From assembly GCA_943788835.1 (NCBI GenBank), contig CALSRU010000001.1, positions 2,229 to 66,228 on the forward strand: a stretch of DNA of 64,000 nucleotides, read 5' to 3'. The notes below the pieces were generated by a model, which saw nothing but the letters and a program-made list of their open reading frames with translations, was not told the origin of the DNA and made no database searches. Made by a program: the position numbers and the translations under genes. The stretch's first letter is position 1. Each line of letters begins with the position of its first letter. Below, one piece after another: positions 1 to 11,202 of this stretch. The DNA is from an uncultured Pseudomonadales bacterium. GTDB taxonomy: Bacteria; Pseudomonadota; Gammaproteobacteria; Pseudomonadales; UBA7434.

Positions 1-1577
1 CGGTACCAGGAATTTTCGAGTAACTGGTTCACAACCGCAGGTGCATTGGTTAGATCATCTAGCGTTTCAAACAGCGGAGCCACCGGCAGTCGCTCAGAAC
101 AACCGCTTTCTTTAAGGAGGAGCTCCACAGCCAATACGTCAGAGGGCTGGCTTGCCATGGAGATTACATAAGCGCCGAAGGCCGTGGAAGGATGCTCCGC
201 AACTAATGCACATGTAGCTAACAACTCTTGGCTGCCTTCACTAGGCTGCCAACGACGCGGAATCAAAGGACGATTGCTTTTCAACTCAGCGTAAAGAAAA
301 GCCTGACGATCAGCCTCGCTCCAATCTAAATAATCGCCAAGGCCCAGATACTGGGTCAACTCTGAGAAGAATGAACTATGCACGCCAGCCTCCTGGCGAA
401 TATCGTGACGCACCAAATGCAAGCCAAAACAACGTACACGTCGCAATACATCGAGCAATGCACCATTTGCAATAACCGACATGCCACTGGCAATTAACGA
501 TTCGTAGCAAATCAGCAGCGGCTGCCACAAATCATCTAACGTTTCTATAATCCCTTCGCTATCGGGGGCTTGCTGATTCAAACGCTGCTTCAAATTGCGT
601 AACGTTTTCTTCAACCGCAGGCGCAACTCACGCAGCAACACTCTATAAGGCTCGCGCGCATTATTGGTAAGTGACATCAACCTGGCATCGCCAGCGGACA
701 TCGACAACTCTTCGATAAGACTATTAACGTCTCTGTAGTAAAGGTCAGCCGCCTGCCAGCGACTTAAAAGCAGAACCTCACTGGTAACGTTAGCAGTTAC
801 ATTGGGGTTACCATCACGATCACCGCCCATCCATGAACTAAAGGCCACGGGCGACGCGGTTAAAGGCAATGAGGCCCCGGTGGCTTTGCGCAAAGAGCTA
901 TCCAGCCTTCTCAAATAATTGGGCACGGCGATCCACAGCGAATTCTCTACTACCGCAAAGCCACCTTTAGCCTCGGCGATGGGCGTCGGGCGCTGCTCCC
1001 GAAACTCTTGGCTATACCATATTTGACTAACCAACTCTTTCAGACGCGTACGAATACTAACTTCTTCACGCTCAGTTCGACCCTGCAATTCTAATTGACC
1101 CAGCAAATCATTAATTGCATCGTATTTATGCATCAACGTGCGACGCACAACTTCGGTGGGATGCGCAGTAAGCACGAGTTCAATACGAAGAGAGTCGACC
1201 GCGCTATTAAGCTGCTGTTGAGAGACGCCGCTGTCAACTAATTGAGTGAACACAGTGTCTAATGTGTTGGTTGCCGAAAACTCATCATCCATTTCGCGCG
1301 ACACCGCATGGTGCTGCTCAGCAATATTAGCAAGATTGAGAAATTGGGTGAAAGCCCGTGCCACGGGCAGCAGCTGGTTTTTATCCAGCGTGTTAAGCAG
1401 TTCCTGCAAACTCCGATGGTCACGGTCACTGCCATCGTGAGCCGATTTGGAGAGTTGTCGAATGTTTTCAACATTATCAAAAAATGGCTGACCCTCGGCC
1501 TCGGCAATAACCTCACCCAAAAGACGACCCAGCAAACTGACATTGCGACGCAAGGAAAGATACTTATCACTACTCAT
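1..1577 (-). CDS. ppc: Phosphoenolpyruvate carboxylase, N-terminal ~525 codons (3' end lies beyond the left edge)
   Basis: Absent from the ORF track because it runs off the window. Manual minus-strand translation from ATG at 1577 gives MSSDKYLSLRRNVSLLGRLLGEVIAE. The invariant LVLTAHPTEVVRR motif is encoded around 1145-1180. Both are Ppc hallmarks. Confidence 0.88.
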   Translation of the reverse strand, partial: MSSDKYLSLRRNVSLLGRLLGEVIAEAEGQPFFDNVENIRQLSKSAHDGSDRDHRSLQELLNTLDKNQLLPVARAFTQFLNLANIAEQHHAVSREMDDEFSATNTLDTVFTQLVDSGVSQQQLNSAVDSLRIELVLTAHPTEVVRRTLMHKYDAINDLLGQLELQGRTEREEVSIRTRLKELVSQIWYSQEFREQRPTPIAEAKGGFAVVENSLWIAVPNYLRRLDSSLRKATGASLPLTASPVAFSSWMGGDRDGNPNVTANVTSEVLLLSRWQAADLYYRDVNSLIEELSMSAGDARLMSLTNNAREPYRVLLRELRLRLKKTLRNLKQRLNQQAPDSEGIIETLDDLWQPLLICYESLIASGMSVIANGALLDVLRRVRCFGLHLVRHDIRQEAGVHSSFFSELTQYLGLGDYLDWSEADRQAFLYAELKSNRPLIPRRWQPSEGSQELLATCALVAEHPSTAFGAYVISMASQPSDVLAVELLLKESGCSERLPVAPLFETLDDLTNAPAVVNQLLENSWY

Positions 1578-1690
1578 ATCAAAGTCTACCCATTATGGGA
1601 GAGAACCCATGGACAATAGTAAAGGTTGGCAAACAAACCCGCTCAAGCGGCCTACAAAAAATTGAACCGCTCGCAAGCCGCCTAGTTACT

Positions 1691-2692
1691 CTACGACCAT
1701 TGTGCGAGCTTCTGAAGCAAATCGCACACTCGGCTGGAATAGCCCCATTCGTTATCATACCAATTTAGCACTCGAACATAATGCCCGCCGGTCACGCCAG
1801 TAAACCCCGAGTCATAAATTGATGAATGCGAATTACCAATAATGTCTGAAGACACAATAGGCTTGTCAGTAAACTGTAAAATTCCACGCATCGCTTCAGT
1901 TTCAGACGCTGCTCGCACTACATCGTGCACATCCTGATAGCTAACGTTTTTAGCTAGCTTGGCAAACAAATCAACCACCGATCCGTCTGGCACAGGTACG
2001 CGCGCCGCAATGCCGTGTAACTTACCTTGCAAGTCTGGCAATACTTCACCGACAGCTTTGGCAGCACCCGTTGAAGTCGGAATAATATTCTCTGCAGCAG
2101 CCCTACTTCTGCGCCAATCCGAATGTGGCACGTCAGCTAGACGCTGATCGTTGGTATAAGCATGCACAGTGTTGATCACACCCTCTTCGATGCCAAAAGC
2201 CTCATGCAAAACTTTTGCCATCGGAGCCAAACAATTGGTCGTACAGCTCGCGTTGGATATGACCTTATGTTCGGGCAGCAAGCCGGCGTCATTCACGCCG
2301 AGCACTACCGTATAATCAATAGGCTCAGCTGCAGGAACTGTGAGAATAACGCGCTTAGCGCCAGCATTAATATGCTGCTGTAGCTGGGCCATTTTGCGGA
2401 AAACACCCGTAGACTCCACAACAGCATCAACATTCATATCAGCCCATGGCAAATCGCCAGGATTTCTTTCACTGAGCAATTTAACGCGGCTGTTGGGCGT
2501 AATGAAATGACCATCTTGCAAGGTTAAGCTTTTGCCAAAACCACCCATAACTGTGTCGTAATTCAACAAGTATCGCAAAGCATCTGGATCGAAAAGGTCG
2601 TTAATAGCAACAACATCGATTCCATCTATATCATCAAGTATTCTGAAGACTGCGCGACCAATTCGTCCGAATCCGTTTATAGCAACTTTCAT
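1691..2692 (-). CDS. gap: Glyceraldehyde-3-phosphate dehydrogenase (canonical, catalytically complete)
   Basis: 333 aa. Has the Rossmann motif INGFGRIGR, the nucleophile loop SNASCTTNCLAP, TVHAYT, STGAAKAVG and WYDNEWGYS. Confidence 0.93.
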   Translation of the reverse strand: MKVAINGFGRIGRAVFRILDDIDGIDVVAINDLFDPDALRYLLNYDTVMGGFGKSLTLQDGHFITPNSRVKLLSERNPGDLPWADMNVDAVVESTGVFRKMAQLQQHINAGAKRVILTVPAAEPIDYTVVLGVNDAGLLPEHKVISNASCTTNCLAPMAKVLHEAFGIEEGVINTVHAYTNDQRLADVPHSDWRRSRAAAENIIPTSTGAAKAVGEVLPDLQGKLHGIAARVPVPDGSVVDLFAKLAKNVSYQDVHDVVRAASETEAMRGILQFTDKPIVSSDIIGNSHSSIYDSGFTGVTGGHYVRVLNWYDNEWGYSSRVCDLLQKLAQWS

Positions 2693-3714
2693 TACGCGAC
2701 ATCCCCTTTACTTTCGAGTGTTGAATACAGTCGCACAACATCAAGCAGGCGCGCTGCGTGGCCAATATTTTCATACCAACTCAACGTCTTAATCGTTTGA
2801 GTACCGGCTTTAACTGTGCCCTTAGTATCAAAAAGCAGCGACAAAGAGCTGCCAATAACATCGGATGACACGATAGGGTCGTCGGTAAAGCCAACAATGC
2901 CAGGATAATCTTTAGCCGCAGAGCGCATCGCGTCGTTGACGTCCTCAATCCCAACTTTGGCATCCTTCATGACAACATTCGTGTCGAGTAGGCAGCCCTC
3001 ATGGATAGGAACGTTTAGCACATAGGTTAATACCTTATCGCTCATCTCAGGCAAGATCTCATGCAGCCACAAATGAGCCTCGTGCGTGTTAGGGATAATA
3101 TTTTCAGCTGCCGAACGACTGCGCCTAAAATCACTGCCCGCATAATCTTGTAACGCTTGGTCACTGGTGTAAGCATGCACACTGGTCATGCTGGCGCATT
3201 CAATTTCAAATCGGCTCGAAAGGATTTTGAGCAACAAACACAGCGCGCTGGAGGTGGCTGAGCCCGCCGAAATCATGCGATCGGAAAACATAGCCGCTTG
3301 ATCATTGACGCCGGGCACAATGATCCGATCAATCGAATCGACTGGTAAAGAGCGCAAAATGACACGCGGCGCGCCATTGTCTAGATGGGCTTGCATATCG
3401 CGAGACTCACGGTATTTTCCCGTGGCATCAATAACAACGTCAACGCCATAGATATCCCAAGGCATAGCCTCTGGGCGGTCTATATGAATTAAGCGCGACT
3501 TAAACCGAGGATTGACTAAAAAATTGCCTTCAAGCGCGTGCCGCTCGCTTTCTTTAATTTCGGAGCACAGCAAATAATGTAAAATTTTCGGCGCACCGAT
3601 ATCGGCAATTGCAACGATTTCTATGTCATCACTGCGTGATGCAAGCTCATATAACTGTCGGCCAGTTTGACCAAAGCCCATCAGGCCCACCCGAATTGGT
3701 TGGCTGTTTGCCAC
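2692..3714 (-). CDS. GAPDH-family paralogue lacking the catalytic cysteine (SAGSATSSALCL replaces SNASCTTNCLAP)
   Basis: GAPDH fold throughout (GLMGFGQTGR, TSVHAYTSDQ, RRSRSAAENIIP, SWYEN). The track ORF starts at TTG 3750. I prefer GTG at 3714, preceded by AAGAGGTGA about 6 nt upstream, which gives N-terminus MANSQPIRVGLMGFG. Its stop overlaps the gap ATG (TAATG). Confidence 0.8.
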   Translation of the reverse strand: MANSQPIRVGLMGFGQTGRQLYELASRSDDIEIVAIADIGAPKILHYLLCSEIKESERHALEGNFLVNPRFKSRLIHIDRPEAMPWDIYGVDVVIDATGKYRESRDMQAHLDNGAPRVILRSLPVDSIDRIIVPGVNDQAAMFSDRMISAGSATSSALCLLLKILSSRFEIECASMTSVHAYTSDQALQDYAGSDFRRSRSAAENIIPNTHEAHLWLHEILPEMSDKVLTYVLNVPIHEGCLLDTNVVMKDAKVGIEDVNDAMRSAAKDYPGIVGFTDDPIVSSDVIGSSLSLLFDTKGTVKAGTQTIKTLSWYENIGHAARLLDVVRLYSTLESKGDVA

Positions 3715-3774
3715 AATATCACCTCTTTCTTCGTTTAAATCATCACGCAACTGCGATATTTATGCGTGCTGTAA

Positions 3775-3789
3775 CCGCTGATTCAGCGG
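3775..3789. promoter_or_regulatory. Perfect 15-bp palindrome CCGCTGA-T-TCAGCGG upstream of the gap-like/gap operon; possible operator
   Basis: Read directly: 7+1+7 perfect dyad, 61-75 bp upstream of the preferred GTG start. It is immediately followed by the repeated ACTTGTAAAAAT motif. No regulator assigned. Confidence 0.3.
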
Positions 3790-4393
3790 ACTTGTAAAAA
3801 TCTGACCGCGATAGCAGCCGCAATTTTTACGGATGCTTCGCTCTCCTGCGAACCGCCTTAAAGGCAATGAAATTGCCAACGCGCAAGCACTTCAAAACAT
3901 ACTGGGTGTCAAAAACACATCGACGCGGCAGTACAAAAACCGCTAGCGCACTTCTACATGTACTTGTAAAAATTTAATCGCGTATGTTGTGTCACAAGCC
4001 GAGTCAAAAGACGTTGGGGCTCCGCGCAAAATGACCGCAGGCCAGCCATTCAACGCTGTCACTTTGCCCTCAAAGAACAGAGTGATGACTCAGCAAGCTT
4101 GCCTCGCAGGCACTCCCAGTTGAGCGACTGCAATTCTACTCTATTGTGGTGATCAAAAGCGGTGACGCCTGAGTGCCCTCTATCGCATTTTTAGGACGCA
4201 ATAGCGGTTCGATGCACTTGCATCCAATAATGTCTGCGGTTTTGACTACGAGCGCATGAATAAACAGTCTTGCTCTTCGTTGAAAGCATTACCTGTCACA
4301 CCTCGCCGTTTTTATTTTAACGGCTCAGCAGCAAAAATGCTCACTTACTCTGTACCAAAACTTGCCAAAAATTTGTCACCTACACCACACACA

Positions 4394-6028
4394 CTAGGTC
4401 ACCACATCCGGCTTGCTACGCCCGGTGACATGCGCAATACGGGCCACCTGATTGCCTACTTCGATTAAGTCTGCCAGTGCTTCTTGCGGAGAAAGCTCCA
4501 GCAAACTCGGATCGTCCTGATAACAATCAAAATAAGCGCGCAATGTTGCCCCTTGGGTGCCAGTGCCAGAGAGCCGCAGCACAATCCGCCCACCATTATT
4601 TAAAAATAGGCGAATGCCTTGGTGGCCCGCCTCACGACCATCGACAGGATCGCTGTAGTGAAAATCGTCAGCCGACTCGACAACCAAGCCGCCAAACCTG
4701 CGCCCAGCAAAGTGAGGCAGCTGCTCGCGCAAATCATCCATCATGCTTTCCGCGCGATCGCTATCCACACCTTCATAGTCATGCCGTGTAAAATAATCGC
4801 GGCCGTACGAGCGCCAATGTTTTCTAACGATATCGCAAAGCGGCTCATCTCTCACCGCCATTATGTTGAGCCAAAACAAAACCGCCCACAAACCGTCTTT
4901 TTCGCGCACATGATCAGAGCCGGTGCCAAAACTCTCCTCACCGCAAAACGTAATCCTACCTGCATCAAGCAAGTTACCGAAAAACTTCCAGCCGGTAGGC
5001 GTTTCAAAAAAATTAATATTTAAATGCCGCGCCACTCGATCGGCTGCGCGGCTCGTTGGCATCGATCGCGCAACACCCGCAATACCCCTACGGTAGCCAG
5101 GAACTAATTCAGCATTTGCAGCCAAAATCGCTAAACTATCGCAAGGATTGAGATAAAAGTTTTTACCATGCACCAAATTTCTATCGCCGTCTCCGTCAGA
5201 CGCAGCTCCAAAATTTAACGCATGATCACCGCTTAACAAAGCAATCAATTCAGCCGCATGCTTCTGGTTGGGATCTGGATGACCGCCACCAAAATCAGCT
5301 AATGGCACGCTATTTATAACTGTTCCGTTAGGCGCACCCAAACGACGCTCAAGAATATCTACAGCATAAGGCCCTGTCACAGCATGCATCGCATCAAAAC
5401 GCATGCGGAACGTGCCATTAGTCAGTAATCCGCTAATGGCATCAAAATCAAATAATGACTCCATTAGATCGGCATAGTCGGCCACTGGATCGATAATATC
5501 CACCTGCATTTCATTGACTGAAAACGACCCCAGATGATCCAAATCTATATCCGGCGTAGCGACGGTGTGATAGCTGTTTAATTTCAGTGTTTGCGCGTAA
5601 ATGGCTTCTGTTAATTGCTCATTCGCAGGGCCGCCGTTTTCGGCATTAAACTTAATACCAAAATCACCCTCTGGACCAGCAGGATTATGACTCGCCGACA
5701 AAATAATGCCGCCACAGGTTTTTTGCTTTCGAATTATGCATGAGGCTGCTGGCGTCGATAAAAGTCCACCCCGCCCGATCAACAAACGGGCAAAACCGTT
5801 CGCAGCAGCCATACGACAAATAATTTGAATGGCCGTATGATTATAAAACCGGCCGTCACCGCCAAGCACCAAGGTTTTACCATGGCACGGAGCGATGGTA
5901 TTAAAGATAGATTGGACAAAGTTCTCCAAGTAACCAGGCTGTTGAAACTCAGTTACTTTTTTTCTTAGCCCTGATGTTCCCGGTTTTTGACCCGGAAAAG
6001 CTTGCGTGGCAATACACTCTTGACCCAT
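4394..6028 (-). CDS. pgm: Phosphoglucomutase (alpha-D-glucose-1,6-bisphosphate dependent, PGM1/E. coli Pgm type)
   Basis: Has QKPGTSGLRKKV, the phosphoserine loop SASHNPAGP, the Mg site GDGDRN and GEESFG. The track ORF starts at GTG 6049. ATG at 6028 has AAGGA 7 nt upstream. Confidence 0.9.
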   Translation of the reverse strand: MGQECIATQAFPGQKPGTSGLRKKVTEFQQPGYLENFVQSIFNTIAPCHGKTLVLGGDGRFYNHTAIQIICRMAAANGFARLLIGRGGLLSTPAASCIIRKQKTCGGIILSASHNPAGPEGDFGIKFNAENGGPANEQLTEAIYAQTLKLNSYHTVATPDIDLDHLGSFSVNEMQVDIIDPVADYADLMESLFDFDAISGLLTNGTFRMRFDAMHAVTGPYAVDILERRLGAPNGTVINSVPLADFGGGHPDPNQKHAAELIALLSGDHALNFGAASDGDGDRNLVHGKNFYLNPCDSLAILAANAELVPGYRRGIAGVARSMPTSRAADRVARHLNINFFETPTGWKFFGNLLDAGRITFCGEESFGTGSDHVREKDGLWAVLFWLNIMAVRDEPLCDIVRKHWRSYGRDYFTRHDYEGVDSDRAESMMDDLREQLPHFAGRRFGGLVVESADDFHYSDPVDGREAGHQGIRLFLNNGGRIVLRLSGTGTQGATLRAYFDCYQDDPSLLELSPQEALADLIEVGNQVARIAHVTGRSKPDVVT

Positions 6029-6433
6029 TACTGTTCCTTTACTTAACACGTGTCCGCTTAAATTACTTTATTGTTTCAAAATTTAGGCGAAAAAAATGCT
6101 GAAGGCCCGCCTACCAGAATTAACCATAATCAAGCCGATACAAAGCGCAACCGGCTACATCCCTCAAACCACAGGTAAAACCACTTACCTGAAATAGCTG
6201 ATAGACTTGCTAGCGAGCAGATTTCAGGGCAGCGGAGCATAGCCAAATTTATGCGCTGAGTTGGTTTAAATGCGCTGTATAAGTCGTGTTTTTGCGATAA
6301 AATTTTTTAAAGCAGGATTTAGGGGTCAAAAACGGCTGCACTCGTCAGAATCCATAGCCTCAGCGCGCTCCATGGCTTGCAAGCTTGGCGAATAATTTTT
6401 TAAAAAATATTCATTGGTTCGGAACTAACGTCT

Positions 6434-7561
6434 ATGAAAATAAAAGCTGCCGTACTCAACAAAATAGGTGCCCAAGCACCCTACTCTGATTCCAGGCCAT
6501 TGTGCATTGAAGAAATCGAGTTGCGACCGCCCGGGCCTGGGGAAGTGCTGGTCAAAATCGCAGCGGCTGGCCTGTGCCACTCGGATCTATCGGTCATTGA
6601 TGGCAACAGGGCACGCCCAACACCCATGGTGCTAGGCCATGAAGCCTCCGGAATCGTGGAGGCGCTCGGACCTTATGTGAATGACTTACAAGTGGGCGAT
6701 CATGTAGTTATGGTTTTTGTACCCAGCTGCGGTCACTGCCTGCCTTGCTGTGAAGGCCGTCCGGCACTATGCGAGCCAGGCGCAGAAGCCAACACCGCGG
6801 GCACACTGATTTCTGGCGAGCGCCGCCTAATACGAAACCAACAAAGCCTACACCATCACCTGGGTGTTTCAGCATTCGCAGAATATGCCACCGTATCGCG
6901 CAACTCTCTGATCAAAATTGATAGAGAGTTACCCCTAGATCAAGCAGCTCTATTTGGCTGCGCAGTGCTCACGGGTGTGGGGGCTGTAGTTAATACAGCT
7001 AAAATAGAGCCCGGCTCAACGGTGGCGGTAGTTGGCTTAGGCGGCGTAGGCCTGGCCTCTTTACTCGGTGCTAAAATGGCCGGTGCCAGTCGCATTGTTG
7101 CTGTCGACCTAGACGATACTAAATTGGCCCTCGCCAAAGAGCTGGGCGCAACCGATTGTTACAATGCCAGGTCGCCCGACTGCGTGGCGGAAATTCACGA
7201 GGCCACGCAGGGCGGCTTAAATTATGCGTTTGAATTAGCTGGCGCTATTCCGGCATTTGAAACGGCCTACAATATCACTCGCCGCGGCGGCACGACGGTG
7301 ACTGCAGGCCTACCTCATCCGGATAAAGCTATGGCGCTAGCGCCAACACGATTAGTGGCCGAAGAGCGCACTATCAAAGGTAGCTATATAGGGACGAGCG
7401 TGCCGGCACGCGATCTGCCGCGATACATTTCGATGTTCCGGCAAGGTAAGCTAGCAGTCGACAAATTGTTGACTGGCCACCTCAAATTTGAAGAAATTAA
7501 TGAAGGCTTTGATCAAATGGCACAAGGTAAAGCCGTTAGACAGGTCATCACCTTCGATTAG
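6434..7561 (+). CDS. Zinc-dependent alcohol dehydrogenase family oxidoreductase
   Basis: 375 aa. Has GHEASGIVEALG (catalytic Zn), CGHCLPCCEGRPALC (structural Zn) and the Rossmann motif VGLGGVGL. Confidence 0.85.
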   Translation: MKIKAAVLNKIGAQAPYSDSRPLCIEEIELRPPGPGEVLVKIAAAGLCHSDLSVIDGNRARPTPMVLGHEASGIVEALGPYVNDLQVGDHVVMVFVPSCGHCLPCCEGRPALCEPGAEANTAGTLISGERRLIRNQQSLHHHLGVSAFAEYATVSRNSLIKIDRELPLDQAALFGCAVLTGVGAVVNTAKIEPGSTVAVVGLGGVGLASLLGAKMAGASRIVAVDLDDTKLALAKELGATDCYNARSPDCVAEIHEATQGGLNYAFELAGAIPAFETAYNITRRGGTTVTAGLPHPDKAMALAPTRLVAEERTIKGSYIGTSVPARDLPRYISMFRQGKLAVDKLLTGHLKFEEINEGFDQMAQGKAVRQVITFD

Positions 7562-7625
7562 GAACTCAAGCCAATAACAATATTGTAGCGATTTTTTAGG
7601 TGGAACAATAATAGGTAGCGAGCCC

Positions 7626-8453
7626 ATGTCCCTGGCTGTTTATAGTGTGATGGTTGCCGGCGCCTTGATCGGTTATCTATTGTGGCGACTGTTGCGAAAA
7701 GCATGGCTGAAACGACGGCGCGCGCAGCTATATGCCAGCCCCTTTAGCGCAGACTGGCCAGCTGTTCTCGAGCAACATGTTGCGCTGTACTCGCGCCTTC
7801 CAGCCGCACTACGAGACAAACTACATGGGCATATCAATTATTTTTTAGCCGATAAACAATTGGTTGGGCGCAACGGTCAAGTCGTCACTGATGAGATAAA
7901 ACTAATTATTGCAGCCAACGCTTGCTTACTGATCATGAATCGGAATGATGCTATTTTCCCAGGATTTAAAACGATCCTCATCTACCCAGACACCTATGTT
8001 GCTAAGCAGGTTTCATTCGAGGGCGACGTAAAGGTCAGTAAAAACAGTGTTCGGGCTGGCGAATCATGGCACGGCGGCCCTGTTGTTTTATCTTTGAGTG
8101 ATGTGATGCGCGGCTCACTCAATGGTGAAGACGGACACAATGTTGTACTGCATGAATTTGCACACAAGCTGGATGAAGAAAACCTGACCACCAATGGTAT
8201 GCCCATACTTCGCAACCGCGAGCAGTATGCCAACTGGATTGAAGTATTGAACAAAGAATATGAAGAGTTTTTAAGCCGCGTAGACCGCAAAAAGAATAAG
8301 GTGATTGACGAATACGGCGCGGTATCGCCGCCAGAATTCTTTGCTGTGGCCACAGAATCTTTTTTTGAGAAAGGCCCCGCCATGGCCGAGCGCCTACCTG
8401 AGCTGTATAAGGAATTGCAGGACTACTACGGGGTTGATCCAGCTAGCTGGTAG
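7626..8453 (+). CDS. mtfA: MtfA-like zinc metallopeptidase (M90 family) with N-terminal hydrophobic anchor
   Basis: 275 aa. Has an HEFAHKLD zinc motif and C-terminal EFFAVATESFF, collinear with E. coli MtfA as I recall it. The N-terminus LAVYSVMVAGALIGYLLW looks like a TM helix. Confidence 0.72.
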   Translation: MSLAVYSVMVAGALIGYLLWRLLRKAWLKRRRAQLYASPFSADWPAVLEQHVALYSRLPAALRDKLHGHINYFLADKQLVGRNGQVVTDEIKLIIAANACLLIMNRNDAIFPGFKTILIYPDTYVAKQVSFEGDVKVSKNSVRAGESWHGGPVVLSLSDVMRGSLNGEDGHNVVLHEFAHKLDEENLTTNGMPILRNREQYANWIEVLNKEYEEFLSRVDRKKNKVIDEYGAVSPPEFFAVATESFFEKGPAMAERLPELYKELQDYYGVDPASW

Positions 8454-8535
8454 CCCTGCCAGCTCCGCAAAAAAACAGGGAGGCTTTACATTCTGAAACG
8501 TCTTGCCAAAAAAGCCAGCCCACTTCTTATAAAAA

Positions 8536-9867
<1,332 letters not shown>

Positions 9868-11181
9868 TTATCGAACGACCCAGCCATCACTGCTAGACAC
9901 CAGCCGCTGCTGGTAATGGTCGAGCTCCTGCGCCTGCACATTCACAACTATCTTACCCTGAGCACGCAGTGCCTGTACTTCTTCCCACAATGCTGCGTCA
10001 TCAATGATTGGCGCTGCAATTGCCTGAATTTTTTCAACGACGCCATCAGCATTTGCGGCAGCGCTTGAGCTAAGGCCAACGGCTTCATCACCATATACAA
10101 AGTTGATCAGTGTTTTTACATCGGTATTAAAACCAGTGGCCGGCCGCGCCGGACCAAATACTTGACCAACATCGTCATAACGTCCACCGTTGGCTAGTGC
10201 AGAGCCATGCCCGTCGGCATAGGCTGCAAATACCAAACCTGTGTGATAGGCATAACCGCGCAACTCGGTGAGGTCGAAGTAAATACCCACCTCGGGAAAG
10301 CGCTGCGTAATCACATCAGCCACTCCTGCTAGCTCGTCGAGCGCATCAGTGATTTGCGCTGCGATGTCGATAATTTCAGTGCCTGCAGCGGGCGAGCTTT
10401 GATAGAGCGCCTCGAGGCTCTGCAATAATTTGCGCGCATCATCCAACACATGCCGATCGCCGCACAACAACGGCAGCTGGCAAATAATTTCAACTAACTG
10501 CTTGTCAGTAATGAGCTTTGGCGTCAACTCACGCAACTCGGTCACCGACTTTCTTTGCAACGCATCTTCAAGGACCGCCTTCGCATCATCATGTAATGAG
10601 GGCTGCAAACTATCTATGACGGCAAGTACCGTTCGATAAATCCCCACATGACCCAAATCGAGCGTTAACCGATGTAGCCCCTTGCCGCCGTTGCCTGGCC
10701 CACGGGCATACCGAGTATCCACCGCCTGCAACATAGCCAACATGAGTGAAATAATTTCGATGTCGGCGTCCAATCCTGCATCGCCATAGAGTTCTGCACC
10801 CGCCTGCATCGGGCAACGTGATGCTAGCGGCGCACTAGGGCGGGTATGCAAAACACTACCGGCATAACAAAGTCGATTAGTGCCAGTGGCACGCATACTA
10901 TGCGCGTCAATTCTGGCTGTTTGAGGCGTGATGTCGGCTCGTATCGCCATCGGCTTGCCACTAAGCTGATCGGTCAAGCGAAAACTTTGATGAGCAACAT
11001 CATCGCCCATGCCGATCAACAATGAATCGGTAAACTCCACCAGCGGCGGCACAACCAATTGATATCCCCACGTCTTATATAAGTCGAGAATATCACGGCG
11101 CACCTGCTCAGCTACCGCAGCTTGTTGCGGCAATAACTCGTCAACCCCTTCGGGCAATAACCATCGATCCTGGCTCGTCAT
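9868..11181 (-). CDS. hisZ: ATP phosphoribosyltransferase regulatory subunit (HisRS paralogue)
   Basis: 437 aa with a class II aaRS-like core and no anticodon-binding domain. Sits in the conserved position between hflC/DUF2065 and purA. Confidence 0.85.
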   Translation of the reverse strand: MTSQDRWLLPEGVDELLPQQAAVAEQVRRDILDLYKTWGYQLVVPPLVEFTDSLLIGMGDDVAHQSFRLTDQLSGKPMAIRADITPQTARIDAHSMRATGTNRLCYAGSVLHTRPSAPLASRCPMQAGAELYGDAGLDADIEIISLMLAMLQAVDTRYARGPGNGGKGLHRLTLDLGHVGIYRTVLAVIDSLQPSLHDDAKAVLEDALQRKSVTELRELTPKLITDKQLVEIICQLPLLCGDRHVLDDARKLLQSLEALYQSSPAAGTEIIDIAAQITDALDELAGVADVITQRFPEVGIYFDLTELRGYAYHTGLVFAAYADGHGSALANGGRYDDVGQVFGPARPATGFNTDVKTLINFVYGDEAVGLSSSAAANADGVVEKIQAIAAPIIDDAALWEEVQALRAQGKIVVNVQAQELDHYQQRLVSSSDGWVVR

Positions 11182-11202
11182 GTTGCGACCTGAATATGTA
11201 AA

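Noticed and set aside
3775-3789. The palindrome CCGCTGATTCAGCGG as a Cra/FruR operator
   Set aside because: The half-sites GCTGA/TCAGC resemble Cra, but the spacing is 5 bp shorter than the GCTGAATCGATTCAGC-type consensus. It is kept only as an unassigned dyad.
4256-4468. 70-aa plus-strand ORF in the pgm-gap spacer
   Set aside because: It overlaps the pgm 3' end in antisense and has no SD and no recognisable features.
6395-6408. Perfect 14-bp palindrome ATTTTTTAAAAAAT upstream of the ADH gene
   Set aside because: It is an AT-only, low-complexity sequence. It is plausibly just an UP-element-like tract and is too likely to arise by chance in AT-rich promoter DNA.
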